This document shows, in pieces, positions 52,701-61,542 of a DNA stretch of 64,000 nt. How positions within the stretch are numbered: position 1 is the first letter of the stretch; every line of letters starts with the position of its first letter. The notes below the pieces were generated by a model. That model did not search any database. It was not told the origin of the DNA and saw only the letters and a list, made by a program, of their open reading frames with translations. This stretch comes from an uncultured virus (IMG/VR IMGVR_UViG_3300021335_000006) (lineage: Duplodnaviria > Heunggongvirae > Uroviricota > Caudoviricetes). Position numbers and translations under genes: made by a program. The stretch is from the IMG/VR virus record IMGVR_UViG_3300021335_000006, positions 1-64,000 of that record. The stretch is one strand, 5' to 3'.

Positions 52701-54728
52701 TTGGGATTAAATGAGGAATGTTCACAAAGCTTTATCTTTGAAGTGGGTAGACAAACTTCTGCAGCAAACACAACGTCTATATCAGTAGATAGTGATAACA
52801 TTGTTACTGTTAGTCATGGGACTGCATCGTTTACAGTTGGACAAAAGATTGCTATAATCGGTGGTGCGTTCGCTAGTAGCTACACTGTCATTTCTGTTCC
52901 ATCAAATACGCAGTTTTTAGCTAGACCAACGAACACAAATGTAGTAGGAACTACAACTGATACAACAGCAAGGCTCATACAAACTACAGTCCAATCGGAT
53001 GCTATGACGATTCGGGCTGATGGAAATGTTGGCATTGGAACCACGAGTCCCGATCACCTATTGCATCTGTATAAAACCAACACTTCTAATACGAATCCCC
53101 ATATTTTAATTGACGGGCCAAGCAACACTGAGAGAGCAATTATCTTTGCTGATGACGCTTCAGATAAGTGGTGGATGGGCCGAGATAATACGGGAACAGT
53201 CGCTAGTGGATTTGGCTGGTATAATCATACGCTCGGTAAATTCGCCGCATACTTTGAGGATGCTGGTGATTTTACAGTTGACGAAAACATCCGGATTACT
53301 TCAGGTCATGATATAATATATGCTGACAATAGTACTCCTGCACTAAGAACAAGGGCAACTGCTGTTGGTGTAAATGATACTACCTATACGACAGTGTTTA
53401 CATGTGACGGAAATGGATATGGTTCAGCATTGCAAGTTAATTTTTCCGGAACGTCTAATAATGTTGTGGTAGCAGTTACTGCTTACATTATAGTAAATCA
53501 TTCGCAAGATATTTTTATTCGAACTGATTCTGGATTCTATACTCCACTTGCTATTAGAATTACTAGCGATAATAATGACAATTTTGCACTAGAGATTAAG
53601 CACGGTCAAGCTACATCATCTAGTACTAATATCGCCGTTGAAGTCCATCCGCAAGGAAATGAAGCAATTACGTTTACAGGATCACATAGCTTCGTTGGAA
53701 ACTCTTTAGAGCATATTACAGAATACGGTACAAAGCAATCTGGAAGCGGAGGCGGAAACGCCACTTTCAAGACTGATGGACAGCTAATTTCGGGAACTTC
53801 GATAGTCAGCGGAACTACGGTCAGCGCTACAAAAAATTACACTTATGGTGGAGCAAACTATCATTATATTTTGGAAGAAAACAGCGGAAACTCTTTTATA
53901 GGAAATGTAAATGGCTCTTTAGTTGCTAGCTCTGGCGGATACTACTATGGCGCAGAGTTAAGACAAATGAATCCGAGCGCCACGGCCTATAGCGCAATGA
54001 ATCTAAGAGAAACTGGTGAAATTAGATTTGAGCAGATCACTGGCGCTACTGGTGGTACTCAGGTCACCACAGCAGTTCCCTTTCGAATTGATGCTACTGG
54101 AAATGCAATTTTCACAGGAACAATATCAGCGAACAGTTTGTCTCTACCCTCCAATGGTAGGGTCACCGCTGAAGTCTACGATAACTCGACTGGACAGGAA
54201 GTAATAATAACTGGCGGTGAATCATACACCGCTATTACAAACGGCTCTGGTGGTTCCTTGACTGGTGAGATTGTTTACGTTGTAGCGGAAGGTGGATTGC
54301 AAGTAATTAGTCATCCTAATAACTGGAATGACGGTGCTAGTAATTTTTACACTGCTACCGCTTGGTCTCAAAGAAACACGGCAACTATTAACGATGCGGC
54401 AGGAAACTCTTCTTTCCCAGGCAGTATCACGGCTAGTGGCAACGTAAGCGCATTCTCAGATGTTCGTTTGAAAACGGACATTGAAACACTTGACGGATCG
54501 AAAGTTTATGATATGCGTGGTGTATCATTCATCAAAGATGGACAATCCGGCTCTGGTGTTATCGCACAAGAACTTGAAGAAGTTGCTCCAGAGTTAGTAC
54601 AAGATGGAGAATATAAAAGTGTATCATATGGTAACTTAGTTGGATATTTGATTGAAGCAGTGAAGGATCAAAAGAAAGAAATTGACGAACTGAAAGCAAT
54701 GGTTAAGCACCTATTGGAGAAACAGTAA
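49779..54728 (+). CDS. Tail fibre 3 with peptidase S74 chaperone
   Basis: N-terminal DKNILITPN; repeated GNVGIG...P...LH motifs; C-terminal AFSDVRLKTDI...GVIAQELEEVAPELV...YGNLVGYLIEAVK. Confidence 0.85.
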   Translation: MAWEDKNILITPNVGSTSNVPKIEFTGATSTEADTITLNTNIVAGVANLTISGSNGDIIRLDNNANRVTIDELRVGNFSGTFPSTSTGTVLRGVVAEHAMENQGFIDPASYNVLAGADKKYTVTTTINGLTVSNSGSQFLGDSNPSQYTLATSTTPLVIEITDVNATTYSAIVGITFGSGSFRARDVKIETFRNGAWQTECDITNGTENTIVRPVAGNNANGVTAVRYTLKNPNNVSGAVRINNLFLVAYNTNRLNYGYDWNRFGPTTAYSTVNMTDTTASTSTTTGSMTLAGGLGVAGAIHSGSLTASSIDSPDINSSSTISVVTVSPDTTNSLFVGNANDQFADLLLTDDGGSIVVRNNRGDFQLYVDGDANSTSTANSALALTISGTSLAATFEGTVSTQLVSNGTYDFLEFDDDTTNYIDGSNKTVLSSISDIVLHSNANAGGGGKFKFATGEIGALTYPMIIQPSGAMSLLGTATVEGLQANGISTFSPDSTYVLFEKPTGAGFQTVAGFGSGSTGTLFLTTQNAHISSNVYYNNGWTSTATYGSAIDLEYSNGGMRLFGFTGQSANTDVSGAFTSFITCENNGDVAIARKLSSKNATVITLADGDAGLAIDRASATGRSQIAFRDEGSINLWRFGLTGPGSTSFAFFDGVQNALELSYQTNAATFSGRVNAESLELESSAAPYIYFGELDQDPDVWWRQVLDAGNLRFDISTSGLNSFTTYQEVLRMKSNGNVGIGEVDPAFKLHVRNNGAGDGTFTGGVLIENDNATAGEPALAIRNTSLGSEYWFVGLNQDDELSFSYGETFVDDNSRMNLLPTGNVGIGERVPLAKLHVKDETDLSMNVNGTGQATIQGNGYRLGFALDAEAAHIYHNSNVRDLILGTNELGHIRIKGSNGNTGIGRGNILVEPDSQFHVFDIGNSGVSDVLTIETYRGDVGASVAGSAIVFKNSDTNSAGQSRIKVGSENSTNTLGLNEECSQSFIFEVGRQTSAANTTSISVDSDNIVTVSHGTASFTVGQKIAIIGGAFASSYTVISVPSNTQFLARPTNTNVVGTTTDTTARLIQTTVQSDAMTIRADGNVGIGTTSPDHLLHLYKTNTSNTNPHILIDGPSNTERAIIFADDASDKWWMGRDNTGTVASGFGWYNHTLGKFAAYFEDAGDFTVDENIRITSGHDIIYADNSTPALRTRATAVGVNDTTYTTVFTCDGNGYGSALQVNFSGTSNNVVVAVTAYIIVNHSQDIFIRTDSGFYTPLAIRITSDNNDNFALEIKHGQATSSSTNIAVEVHPQGNEAITFTGSHSFVGNSLEHITEYGTKQSGSGGGNATFKTDGQLISGTSIVSGTTVSATKNYTYGGANYHYILEENSGNSFIGNVNGSLVASSGGYYYGAELRQMNPSATAYSAMNLRETGEIRFEQITGATGGTQVTTAVPFRIDATGNAIFTGTISANSLSLPSNGRVTAEVYDNSTGQEVIITGGESYTAITNGSGGSLTGEIVYVVAEGGLQVISHPNNWNDGASNFYTATAWSQRNTATINDAAGNSSFPGSITASGNVSAFSDVRLKTDIETLDGSKVYDMRGVSFIKDGQSGSGVIAQELEEVAPELVQDGEYKSVSYGNLVGYLIEAVKDQKKEIDELKAMVKHLLEKQ

Positions 54729-55447
54729 TGGGACTTGCTACAAGCGGCACAATCACTTTGGATCAAATTGCAAGTGAGCATGATCCGTCTTATCCATCCA
54801 GACCAGATAGTGTTGATGAGTTTAGATATGCTATAGGATATGGCGATGACTCTCCTCAGATCGGAAACGGTGTACCCGGGTTTGATAACTTTTACGGCTC
54901 ATGCCGTAGGTATATGACGTATCAAAATGGATTGACTGACACCACAAATCCAAAAGTGATAGTGAGAACTACTGGTACTCAAGCTTCGATGCGATTTAGG
55001 ATTAGTGGCTCATTCGTAGGAGGTGATAATAGTGCATGGAGAATGCGAATGGAGTATCAAAGAGGATCAACTACTGCGTCAATTATAGAAAGTACGTTAG
55101 GAAATACTACTCTTTCTACAACTTGGCTGCAGGCGGGGCAATGCGATATTCGAAATGCATTTCCTTTTCCACAAGTTCCATTTAGTCTAAGTACACTACG
55201 AGCAAACTGGACTACGATTAGCTCCTCTGGCGTGCAGACGTTTTTTGAACAAAACAATGGGACGTGGACATATAGTGCTTCAAGCGGAGTATCCCAAGCG
55301 GTCGCTCAGAATGAAACTTTAGGTAAAACTTTTACAATTGCAAACTCCGGCCAGGGGGCGGGCACTAGACTTATTGGTCTTAAATTGTTCGTCAATGATG
55401 TTACTATGATAGGACAGGCAAACATTCAATTAGAAATAGGACAGTAA
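54728..55447 (+). CDS. Putative fibre-tip protein
   Basis: N-terminus L.TSGTITL.QI..E...FDNFYG is shared with the next gene; start overlaps the fibre 3 stop codon. Confidence 0.65.
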   Translation: MGLATSGTITLDQIASEHDPSYPSRPDSVDEFRYAIGYGDDSPQIGNGVPGFDNFYGSCRRYMTYQNGLTDTTNPKVIVRTTGTQASMRFRISGSFVGGDNSAWRMRMEYQRGSTTASIIESTLGNTTLSTTWLQAGQCDIRNAFPFPQVPFSLSTLRANWTTISSSGVQTFFEQNNGTWTYSASSGVSQAVAQNETLGKTFTIANSGQGAGTRLIGLKLFVNDVTMIGQANIQLEIGQ

Positions 55448-55521
55448 ACTATGGGATATCAAGAAACAATAATTACATCAAGCAGTTCTAGTGCATTCAA
55501 CCATAATAAGATTATCAAAAT

Positions 55522-56628
55522 ATGTTACCCTTAACTGGATCAATTGACTTAAATGAAATACACGTTGAAGCAGGCGGGGTAACCGGAACGACTGCAAGTT
55601 TAAATGATGCTGACATTCGAGCGTTGATTACTTCTACTGCGAACACAGAAGTTTCATTTGATGACTTTTATGGTGCTAGCTTTTCTAAGTCTGTCCAATT
55701 TGATATAGAGGGAGCTAGAGGCGGAGCAGGAGATTTAAATACTCAGTGGGGAAACGGGGGCAAAACATTATTAACATACGATCTTTCTGCATCAGGCTCT
55801 TTTAATTTGTATGCAGGAGGACGTGGAGAAGACGGAAATGCAGCAGCCGAAGCAGGCGGTGGCGGAGCAGGATCATACGTTACTATGCTCGGAAGTAGTT
55901 TTGCTGTTACTATAGGTGTCGCAGGGGGCGGAGGCGGTGCTGGCTATGCTGATCTTGGTACAGCAAATAGAGGAAGAGGTGGATTTGGTGCTGGATACAG
56001 TGGAATCTGGACTGCATATACTTCATATCCTTACTACTTGAGTCCCGGCTTAAATGGATTTTCGGATGACGGCACACCGGATAATTTCGGACCTCTGGGT
56101 GGCACTACAGCGGAGGCTAAAGGTGGCGAAGGAGGAGGACAGCAATCTACTAGAACGGATGGAGGACGTGGAGGAACTGGTCGATATGCTGGAAACGCTG
56201 GCACAAGTGCTGTATCTTCTCAAGGAGGACTTGTTTCTAACGCTGGCGGAAGAGGTGGAGAAAGCTCTGCTGGCAATACTAACACATTTGGCGGATCATC
56301 GGGCGGTACTCAATATAACGGCGGGATTGGAGGAAATGCTATTGACGCTAGCGACTCCGGAGGCGGTGGAGGCGGTGGAGGAGCCCCATCCGGCGGAGGC
56401 GGAGCGGGTGGAGCATACGGCGCTGGCGGTGGCGGTGGCGGTTCTGCCAGATACGATGGAACAGGATTGAACTCAATTCCACAAATAACCCCGACTGCAT
56501 TCACTGGAACAAATGGTGCAAGAGGTGCCGCAGGAAGAATTAGAGTATATGTAGACGGTGTTTTAGATACTACATTGAGCGCCAGTGGAATTACCGGGGC
56601 AAGTCAGGCGTTAACGATAACGGTTTAG
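55522..56628 (+). CDS. Glycine-rich putative adhesin (analogous to T-even gp38)
   Basis: N-terminus LPLTGSIDLNEI..E...VSFDDFYG, then many polyglycine runs (GGGGAG, AGGGGGAG, SGGGGGGGGAPSGGGG); lies after the fibres. Confidence 0.65.
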   Translation: MLPLTGSIDLNEIHVEAGGVTGTTASLNDADIRALITSTANTEVSFDDFYGASFSKSVQFDIEGARGGAGDLNTQWGNGGKTLLTYDLSASGSFNLYAGGRGEDGNAAAEAGGGGAGSYVTMLGSSFAVTIGVAGGGGGAGYADLGTANRGRGGFGAGYSGIWTAYTSYPYYLSPGLNGFSDDGTPDNFGPLGGTTAEAKGGEGGGQQSTRTDGGRGGTGRYAGNAGTSAVSSQGGLVSNAGGRGGESSAGNTNTFGGSSGGTQYNGGIGGNAIDASDSGGGGGGGGAPSGGGGAGGAYGAGGGGGGSARYDGTGLNSIPQITPTAFTGTNGARGAAGRIRVYVDGVLDTTLSASGITGASQALTITV

Positions 56629-56647
56629 TACAAAGGATATTACAATA

Positions 56648-57223
56648 ATGGAGTACACATACAAATTTGAAAAAATTCGCCCTAAAGATCTTTTTGTTCA
56701 GATAAGATATTCTGCTGAAGGGCATCCCGATCAATTAAAAAACTTTGTTGCAAGTTCAATGGAAAAAGAAGCGCTAAAAGAAATGGCGGAACGATATGCG
56801 ACAAAGATTGTGGCCAACTGGAATGATATAAGTGCGGCTCCCGATGCGGTTGATTTTGAAGGAGAAGAAATAACAACTACGCACACACATGCGCTTCCAC
56901 AAAGCATTGTATCTGATGATTATCCTTCTTACGATATTTTTACAGAAAGAGTCGAGGAAAGTATTGTAGAAACACCTACAGAAATCAGAACAACTTATAG
57001 TGTAGTTCCCTTAACCGAAGAAGAAATACCCGTTGTAGAAGAAAGATTAACGTATCTTATACGTAGGGATAGAAATAATAGACTGACTGAAACTGATTAT
57101 ATGATGCTTTCAGATACCCCGTCTCCAACTCAGGCCTGGCTAGACTATCGTCAAGCTCTTAGAGATATCACAGAACAGGCAGGATTTCCTCAAAATTTTA
57201 CTTGGCCTGAAAAACCTGAATAG
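56648..57223 (+). CDS. Tail fibre assembly chaperone
   Basis: C-terminal IRRDRNNRL.ETDY.ML.D.P.....W.DYRQALRDIT.Q.GFP....WPEKP is the phage tail assembly chaperone signature. Confidence 0.8.
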   Translation: MEYTYKFEKIRPKDLFVQIRYSAEGHPDQLKNFVASSMEKEALKEMAERYATKIVANWNDISAAPDAVDFEGEEITTTHTHALPQSIVSDDYPSYDIFTERVEESIVETPTEIRTTYSVVPLTEEEIPVVEERLTYLIRRDRNNRLTETDYMMLSDTPSPTQAWLDYRQALRDITEQAGFPQNFTWPEKPE

Positions 57224-57236
57224 TAATATAGGTACT

Positions 57237-57244
57237 TATAAATA
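57237..57244 (+). promoter_or_regulatory. T4-type late promoter TATAAATA upstream of gp13
   Basis: Exact consensus in an AT-rich intergenic gap. Confidence 0.85.
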
Positions 57245-57276
57245 ACAATATATAAATTTAGTCTTTAGAGGCGAAA

Positions 57277-58020
57277 ATGGCGCAACCAACTACAAGAGAA
57301 GATTTTAAAGAATGGTGTCTCAGAAAGCTGGGAAAGCCTGTTATTGAGGTCAATGTTGATCAAGATCAAGTCGATGATCGTGTGGACGAAGCAATCGCAT
57401 ACTGGAATGACTATCATTTCGATGGTGTAGAAAAGACGTATCTCAAGCATCAGATTACTCAAACAGATATTGATAACGAGTATATTACGATTCCAGAAGA
57501 AGTAATCGGCGTTGTCAACATCTTTCCGCTTAGCACTAGCTTGACAGCAAGTACTGGCATGTTCAACGTTCAGTATCAGTTTGTGCTGAACAACATTCAC
57601 GATATCGTCAACTACAATCTGACAAACTATTATATGACGATGCATCACTTGCAGTTCATGGAAGAGCTATTAGTGGGCGCACAACCAATTCGCTATAATC
57701 GTCATGTAAATAAGCTGTACATTGATGCTAATTGGGAAAAACTTAATATTGATGAGTATGTAATTGTTGAAGCATATAAAGTATTAGATCCTTTAGTGTA
57801 TGCTGATATGTGGAAAGATCGTTGGCTTCAAAACTATGCAACAGCAAAGATCAAATATCAGTGGGGGACCAATCTAACTAAGTTTACCGGAATGCAACTA
57901 CCTGGCGGGGTTCAATTCAACGGAGAGCAAATACTTAACGATGCACGAGAAGAGCTACAGAGACTTGAAGAAGAAATGATAGTCTCTTACTCTATTCCTG
58001 TGCATGATCTTATTGGATAA
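57277..58020 (+). CDS. gp13: Neck protein gp13
   Basis: P.TRE.FK.WCLRKLGKPVIEVNVD.DQV.DR.DEA, W.DRWL.NYATA.IK.QWG.NL.KF.G.QLPGGV..NG; synteny gp13-gp18. Confidence 0.93.
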   Translation: MAQPTTREDFKEWCLRKLGKPVIEVNVDQDQVDDRVDEAIAYWNDYHFDGVEKTYLKHQITQTDIDNEYITIPEEVIGVVNIFPLSTSLTASTGMFNVQYQFVLNNIHDIVNYNLTNYYMTMHHLQFMEELLVGAQPIRYNRHVNKLYIDANWEKLNIDEYVIVEAYKVLDPLVYADMWKDRWLQNYATAKIKYQWGTNLTKFTGMQLPGGVQFNGEQILNDAREELQRLEEEMIVSYSIPVHDLIG

Positions 58021-58025
58021 GAGTC

Positions 58026-58685
58026 GTGGCAAAGAACTTTTACTTTGAAAACTATTCGAATTCTGGAGAGCAAGCCTTAATTGAGGACTTGGTAATCGAG
58101 TCTATTCGTATATATGGAATCGACACATGGTACATTAGTCGCTCCAGCACGAACCGTGACCCAATACTTAACGAAGATGACTTGCCAATCTACGATGAAG
58201 CGTATTCAGTGGAAATGTATGTCAAGAACATTGACGGATTCGAAGGAGAAGGAGACTTCCTGTCTAAGTTTGGACTTCAAATTCGAGATTCGATGACAAT
58301 GACTGTATCGATTCGACAGTACGAGCAAGAAGTCGCTCGATACAATAATACGGCTCGACCAAGAGAAGGAGATTTGCTTTACTTTCCTCTGAATAACAAG
58401 ATCTTCAAGATTATGCATGTTGAACACGAATCAATCTTTTATCAGCTTGGCGATCTTCAGACATATGATCTACGTTGTGAGCTATTTGAATACTCGAATG
58501 AAAGATTTGACACTGGAATTGAAGAGGTTGATACTAAGTTCGATGCATACGATACCACATCCGCAACAACATTGCAAGAGTTGGAAGAAATCGATCCTAT
58601 TGCAGACAATCAGTCTATCGAAACAATTGGCGACAATATTGTTGACTTTACAGCAACAAATCCATTTGGTGAGGATGACTTCTAA
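58026..58685 (+). CDS. gp14: Neck protein gp14 (GTG start)
   Basis: EQ.LIEDLVIESIRIYG, GFEGEGDFLSKFGLQIRD, RPREGDLLYFP, FYQLG, NPFG. Confidence 0.93.
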   Translation: MAKNFYFENYSNSGEQALIEDLVIESIRIYGIDTWYISRSSTNRDPILNEDDLPIYDEAYSVEMYVKNIDGFEGEGDFLSKFGLQIRDSMTMTVSIRQYEQEVARYNNTARPREGDLLYFPLNNKIFKIMHVEHESIFYQLGDLQTYDLRCELFEYSNERFDTGIEEVDTKFDAYDTTSATTLQELEEIDPIADNQSIETIGDNIVDFTATNPFGEDDF

Positions 58686-59476
58686 TGTTTGGTAATAGAT
58701 TTTACAACGAAACAACTCGAAGATACGTTGCTGTATTTGGTACTCTTTTCAATGATATGCAAATCACACGTAAAAATACGTCCAATGATACTGTACAGTC
58801 GATGCTGATTCCTATCAATTATGCACCTATTCAAAAGATTTTGTCGAGACTTGATCAAGATCCTACGTTTGATGCGCCTGCTATGACGCTTCCTCGTATG
58901 TCTTTTGAAATTACTGGAATGACATATAATCCAGAAAGAAAGTTGACAAGTCTTACTCGACAAACAAAAGTAGATGTCGATCCTAATTTTTTAAACAAAC
59001 TTTATGCTCCAGCACCATACGATATTGAGTTTCAGCTAAATATCATGGCTAAGTATAATGAAGACGGAACGAAGATTCTGGAGCAGATTCTTCCTTTCTT
59101 TAAACCCGATGTTACAGTGTCCGTGAGGCTAATTGATAACTTTGACTTTTATCTTGATATACCTGTTATTTTAAACAGTGTGAGTTTTGAAGATGCATAT
59201 GAAGCGGACTTCTTAACACGAAGAACTTTAATATGGACTCTTAATTTCACACTCAAAGGCTACTATTTTGGCCCCGTACAGAATAAGAAGATTATCAAAT
59301 TTGTTGAGTCAAATCTCTACGATGATCTTCAAGATACAGTACGAGATTCAGCGCTTACAACACAGCCCGGTTTGACAGCAGGCGGCGTTGGAACTACGGA
59401 CATCGCTGAAACTATTCCTTTCTCAGACATTAGTGTCGATGACGATTGGAAGTTTATTGTGCAGAGTGTGGAATGA
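58685..59476 (+). CDS. gp15: Tail sheath stabiliser / tail terminator gp15
   Basis: FYNET.RRYV..FGTLFN, LPRMSFE, KILEQILPFF.P, DIPV.LN, WTLNFT.KGY.FGP. Confidence 0.93.
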   Translation: MFGNRFYNETTRRYVAVFGTLFNDMQITRKNTSNDTVQSMLIPINYAPIQKILSRLDQDPTFDAPAMTLPRMSFEITGMTYNPERKLTSLTRQTKVDVDPNFLNKLYAPAPYDIEFQLNIMAKYNEDGTKILEQILPFFKPDVTVSVRLIDNFDFYLDIPVILNSVSFEDAYEADFLTRRTLIWTLNFTLKGYYFGPVQNKKIIKFVESNLYDDLQDTVRDSALTTQPGLTAGGVGTTDIAETIPFSDISVDDDWKFIVQSVE

Positions 59477-59482
59477 TGATTT

Positions 59483-59887
59483 ATGACTACAGACAAAATA
59501 AGTGAATCTCTAGGACTTGATCCAATCGAAGGTGAACTCATCGAATCTCCAACGAAGGATATCGTTAAGGCTCCTTCTGAAGCGGAGAAAGACTTCGAGT
59601 ATGCGAGAGATAACTTTTACAATATCATAGAAACTGGGACAGAAGCGCTTCAGCAAATGCTAGACGTAGCAAAAGCGTCTGAGCATCCTAGAGCATATGA
59701 AGTTGTCTCTACGCTAATGAAAACCCTTGTTGATGCAAACAAAGATCTTGTGTCGATGGGAGATAAGACTCGTAAAGAAGAAGCAAAACAAGAGAAGGCT
59801 GTGACAAACAACAATCTGTTTGTCGGAAGCACTGCTGATCTTCAAAAACTGATAAAGAACATGAAAGACGAAGATGCTGAAGACTGA
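59483..59887 (+). CDS. gp16: Terminase small subunit gp16
   Basis: DFEYAR.N, A..SEHPRAYEV, TNNNLFVGST.DLQK. Confidence 0.93.
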   Translation: MTTDKISESLGLDPIEGELIESPTKDIVKAPSEAEKDFEYARDNFYNIIETGTEALQQMLDVAKASEHPRAYEVVSTLMKTLVDANKDLVSMGDKTRKEEAKQEKAVTNNNLFVGSTADLQKLIKNMKDEDAED

Positions 59888-61481
59888 TAAGGGTTACTTA
59901 GGTAATACAAATCTAAAGGGAAAGAATGCTAGTATAGAATTCTCCCAAGATATGATTTCAGAGTATGTTAAATGCTCCAGAGATCCTATCTATTTCGTCG
60001 AAAAATATATCCAGATTGTTCATGTAGATCATGGATTGATTCCAATTGTATTATATGACTATCAGAAAGAGATTATAACGTCTATCACTGAAAATCGCCG
60101 TGTGGCGGTTAACACGAGCCGTCAGGCGGGTAAAACGACTACTGCAGTCGCTATTATTCTTTGGTACATTCTTTTCAATGACTATAAAACTGTCGCACTT
60201 CTTGCAAACAAAGGAGATGCGGCTAGAGAGATCTTGGCTCGAATTAAGATTGCATATGAAGCACTTCCAAAGTGGCTTCAACAAGGTGTTATTGAATGGA
60301 ACAAAGGATCTGTAGAGTTTGAGAATGGATGCAAGATTCTTGCTGGATCAACATCATCGAGCGCAATTCGAGGTAAGTCAGTTTCTTTTTTGTACATTGA
60401 TGAGACAGCGTTTGTCGAAGGATGGGATGAATTCTTTAGTTCAGTTTATCCTACTATTTCGTCTGGTAACACGACAAAAATACTTCTTACTTCTACTCCC
60501 AATGGCCTGAATCATTTCTATAAAACTTGCAATGGTGCAATTGAAAACATTAACGGATATATATACGTAGAAGTCCCTTGGTATAATGTACCCGGTCGAG
60601 ATGAAGAGTGGAAGACAGAAACTCTTCAAGGAATGGATTTTGACAAAGAAAAGTTTGCGCAAGAATATGAGTGTCAATTCTTAGGGAGTTCTGGTACTCT
60701 GATTGAAGGATCAAAGCTCAAACAGCTTGTATATAAGAGTCCAATTATGGAGGGAAATGGACTTTCAATATACAAAGAAGCTATAGAAGATCATGTTTAT
60801 GTTTGCATCGCAGATGTTTCCAGAGGAAAAGGACTCGACTATTCCGCTTTCCAAGTAATTGATGTGACTTCTATGCCTTATGAGCAAGTTTGTACGTTTA
60901 GAGATAACACAGTCACTCCCATTAACTACGCTGAAATATTATATCGAGCATCAAGGCGATATCGAGATGCATATGTTTTAGTGGAAGTAAATGATATTGG
61001 TGGACAAGTAGCAGATCTATTACACTATGAGTTTGAAGTAGAATCCTTAATGTATACGGAAACTGCTGGAAGGGCAGGAAAGCGGATAAGCAGTGGATTT
61101 GGCGGGGCCGTTGAGCGGGGTATTCGTACTACAAAATCGGTGAAAACAATTGGATGTAATATGCTGAAACTTCTCATTGAGCAGGATCAGTTAGTAATAA
61201 ATGATTTTGAATCTATTAGGGAGCTTTCAACTTTTTCTAGACGCCGCTCTTCTTATGAGGCTGAAGCGGGATGTCATGACGACCTTGTAATGTGTTTGGT
61301 TTTGTTCGGTTGGTTGACTGATCAAATGTTCTTTAAAGAGATCACAAATATAAATACAATGAACATGCTCAAAGAAAGAAACGAAGAAGAGTTGATGGAA
61401 TCGTTATTGCCCATCGGCTTCAATTCCTACGATGACGACCATGACGACGATCAATCATTTAAGACATGGTTTAAGTACTAA
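59874..61481 (+). CDS. gp17: Terminase large subunit gp17
   Basis: Walker A SRQAGKTT, Walker B YIDETAF, TSTPNGLNHFY, FAQEYEC.F, nuclease DVSRG.G.DYSA and HDDLVM. Confidence 0.97.
   Translation: MLKTDKGYLGNTNLKGKNASIEFSQDMISEYVKCSRDPIYFVEKYIQIVHVDHGLIPIVLYDYQKEIITSITENRRVAVNTSRQAGKTTTAVAIILWYILFNDYKTVALLANKGDAAREILARIKIAYEALPKWLQQGVIEWNKGSVEFENGCKILAGSTSSSAIRGKSVSFLYIDETAFVEGWDEFFSSVYPTISSGNTTKILLTSTPNGLNHFYKTCNGAIENINGYIYVEVPWYNVPGRDEEWKTETLQGMDFDKEKFAQEYECQFLGSSGTLIEGSKLKQLVYKSPIMEGNGLSIYKEAIEDHVYVCIADVSRGKGLDYSAFQVIDVTSMPYEQVCTFRDNTVTPINYAEILYRASRRYRDAYVLVEVNDIGGQVADLLHYEFEVESLMYTETAGRAGKRISSGFGGAVERGIRTTKSVKTIGCNMLKLLIEQDQLVINDFESIRELSTFSRRRSSYEAEAGCHDDLVMCLVLFGWLTDQMFFKEITNINTMNMLKERNEEELMESLLPIGFNSYDDDHDDDQSFKTWFKY
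61349..61356 (+). promoter_or_regulatory. Second TATAAATA box inside the 3' end of gp17
   Basis: Exact consensus ~190 nt upstream of the gp18 start. Confidence 0.55.
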
Positions 61482-61492
61482 GTAGCGAAAAT

Positions 61493-61500
61493 TATAAATA
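61493..61500 (+). promoter_or_regulatory. T4-type late promoter TATAAATA upstream of gp18
   Basis: Exact consensus, intergenic, 42 nt before the ATG. Confidence 0.88.
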
Positions 61501-61542
61501 TATGATAAGGTAATTCGCAATTTCAACAAGGAGAAATGAGAC

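Noticed and set aside
40810..56628. Possible diversity-generating retroelement acting on fibre tips
   Set aside because: No reverse transcriptase is present in the window, and I found no repeat pair differing only at adenines. The similarity between fibre 1 and 2 C-termini looks like ordinary paralogy. A distant element cannot be excluded.
59874..61481. Intron or intein in the large terminase
   Set aside because: The ORF is continuous, 535 aa, with normally spaced ATPase and nuclease motifs.
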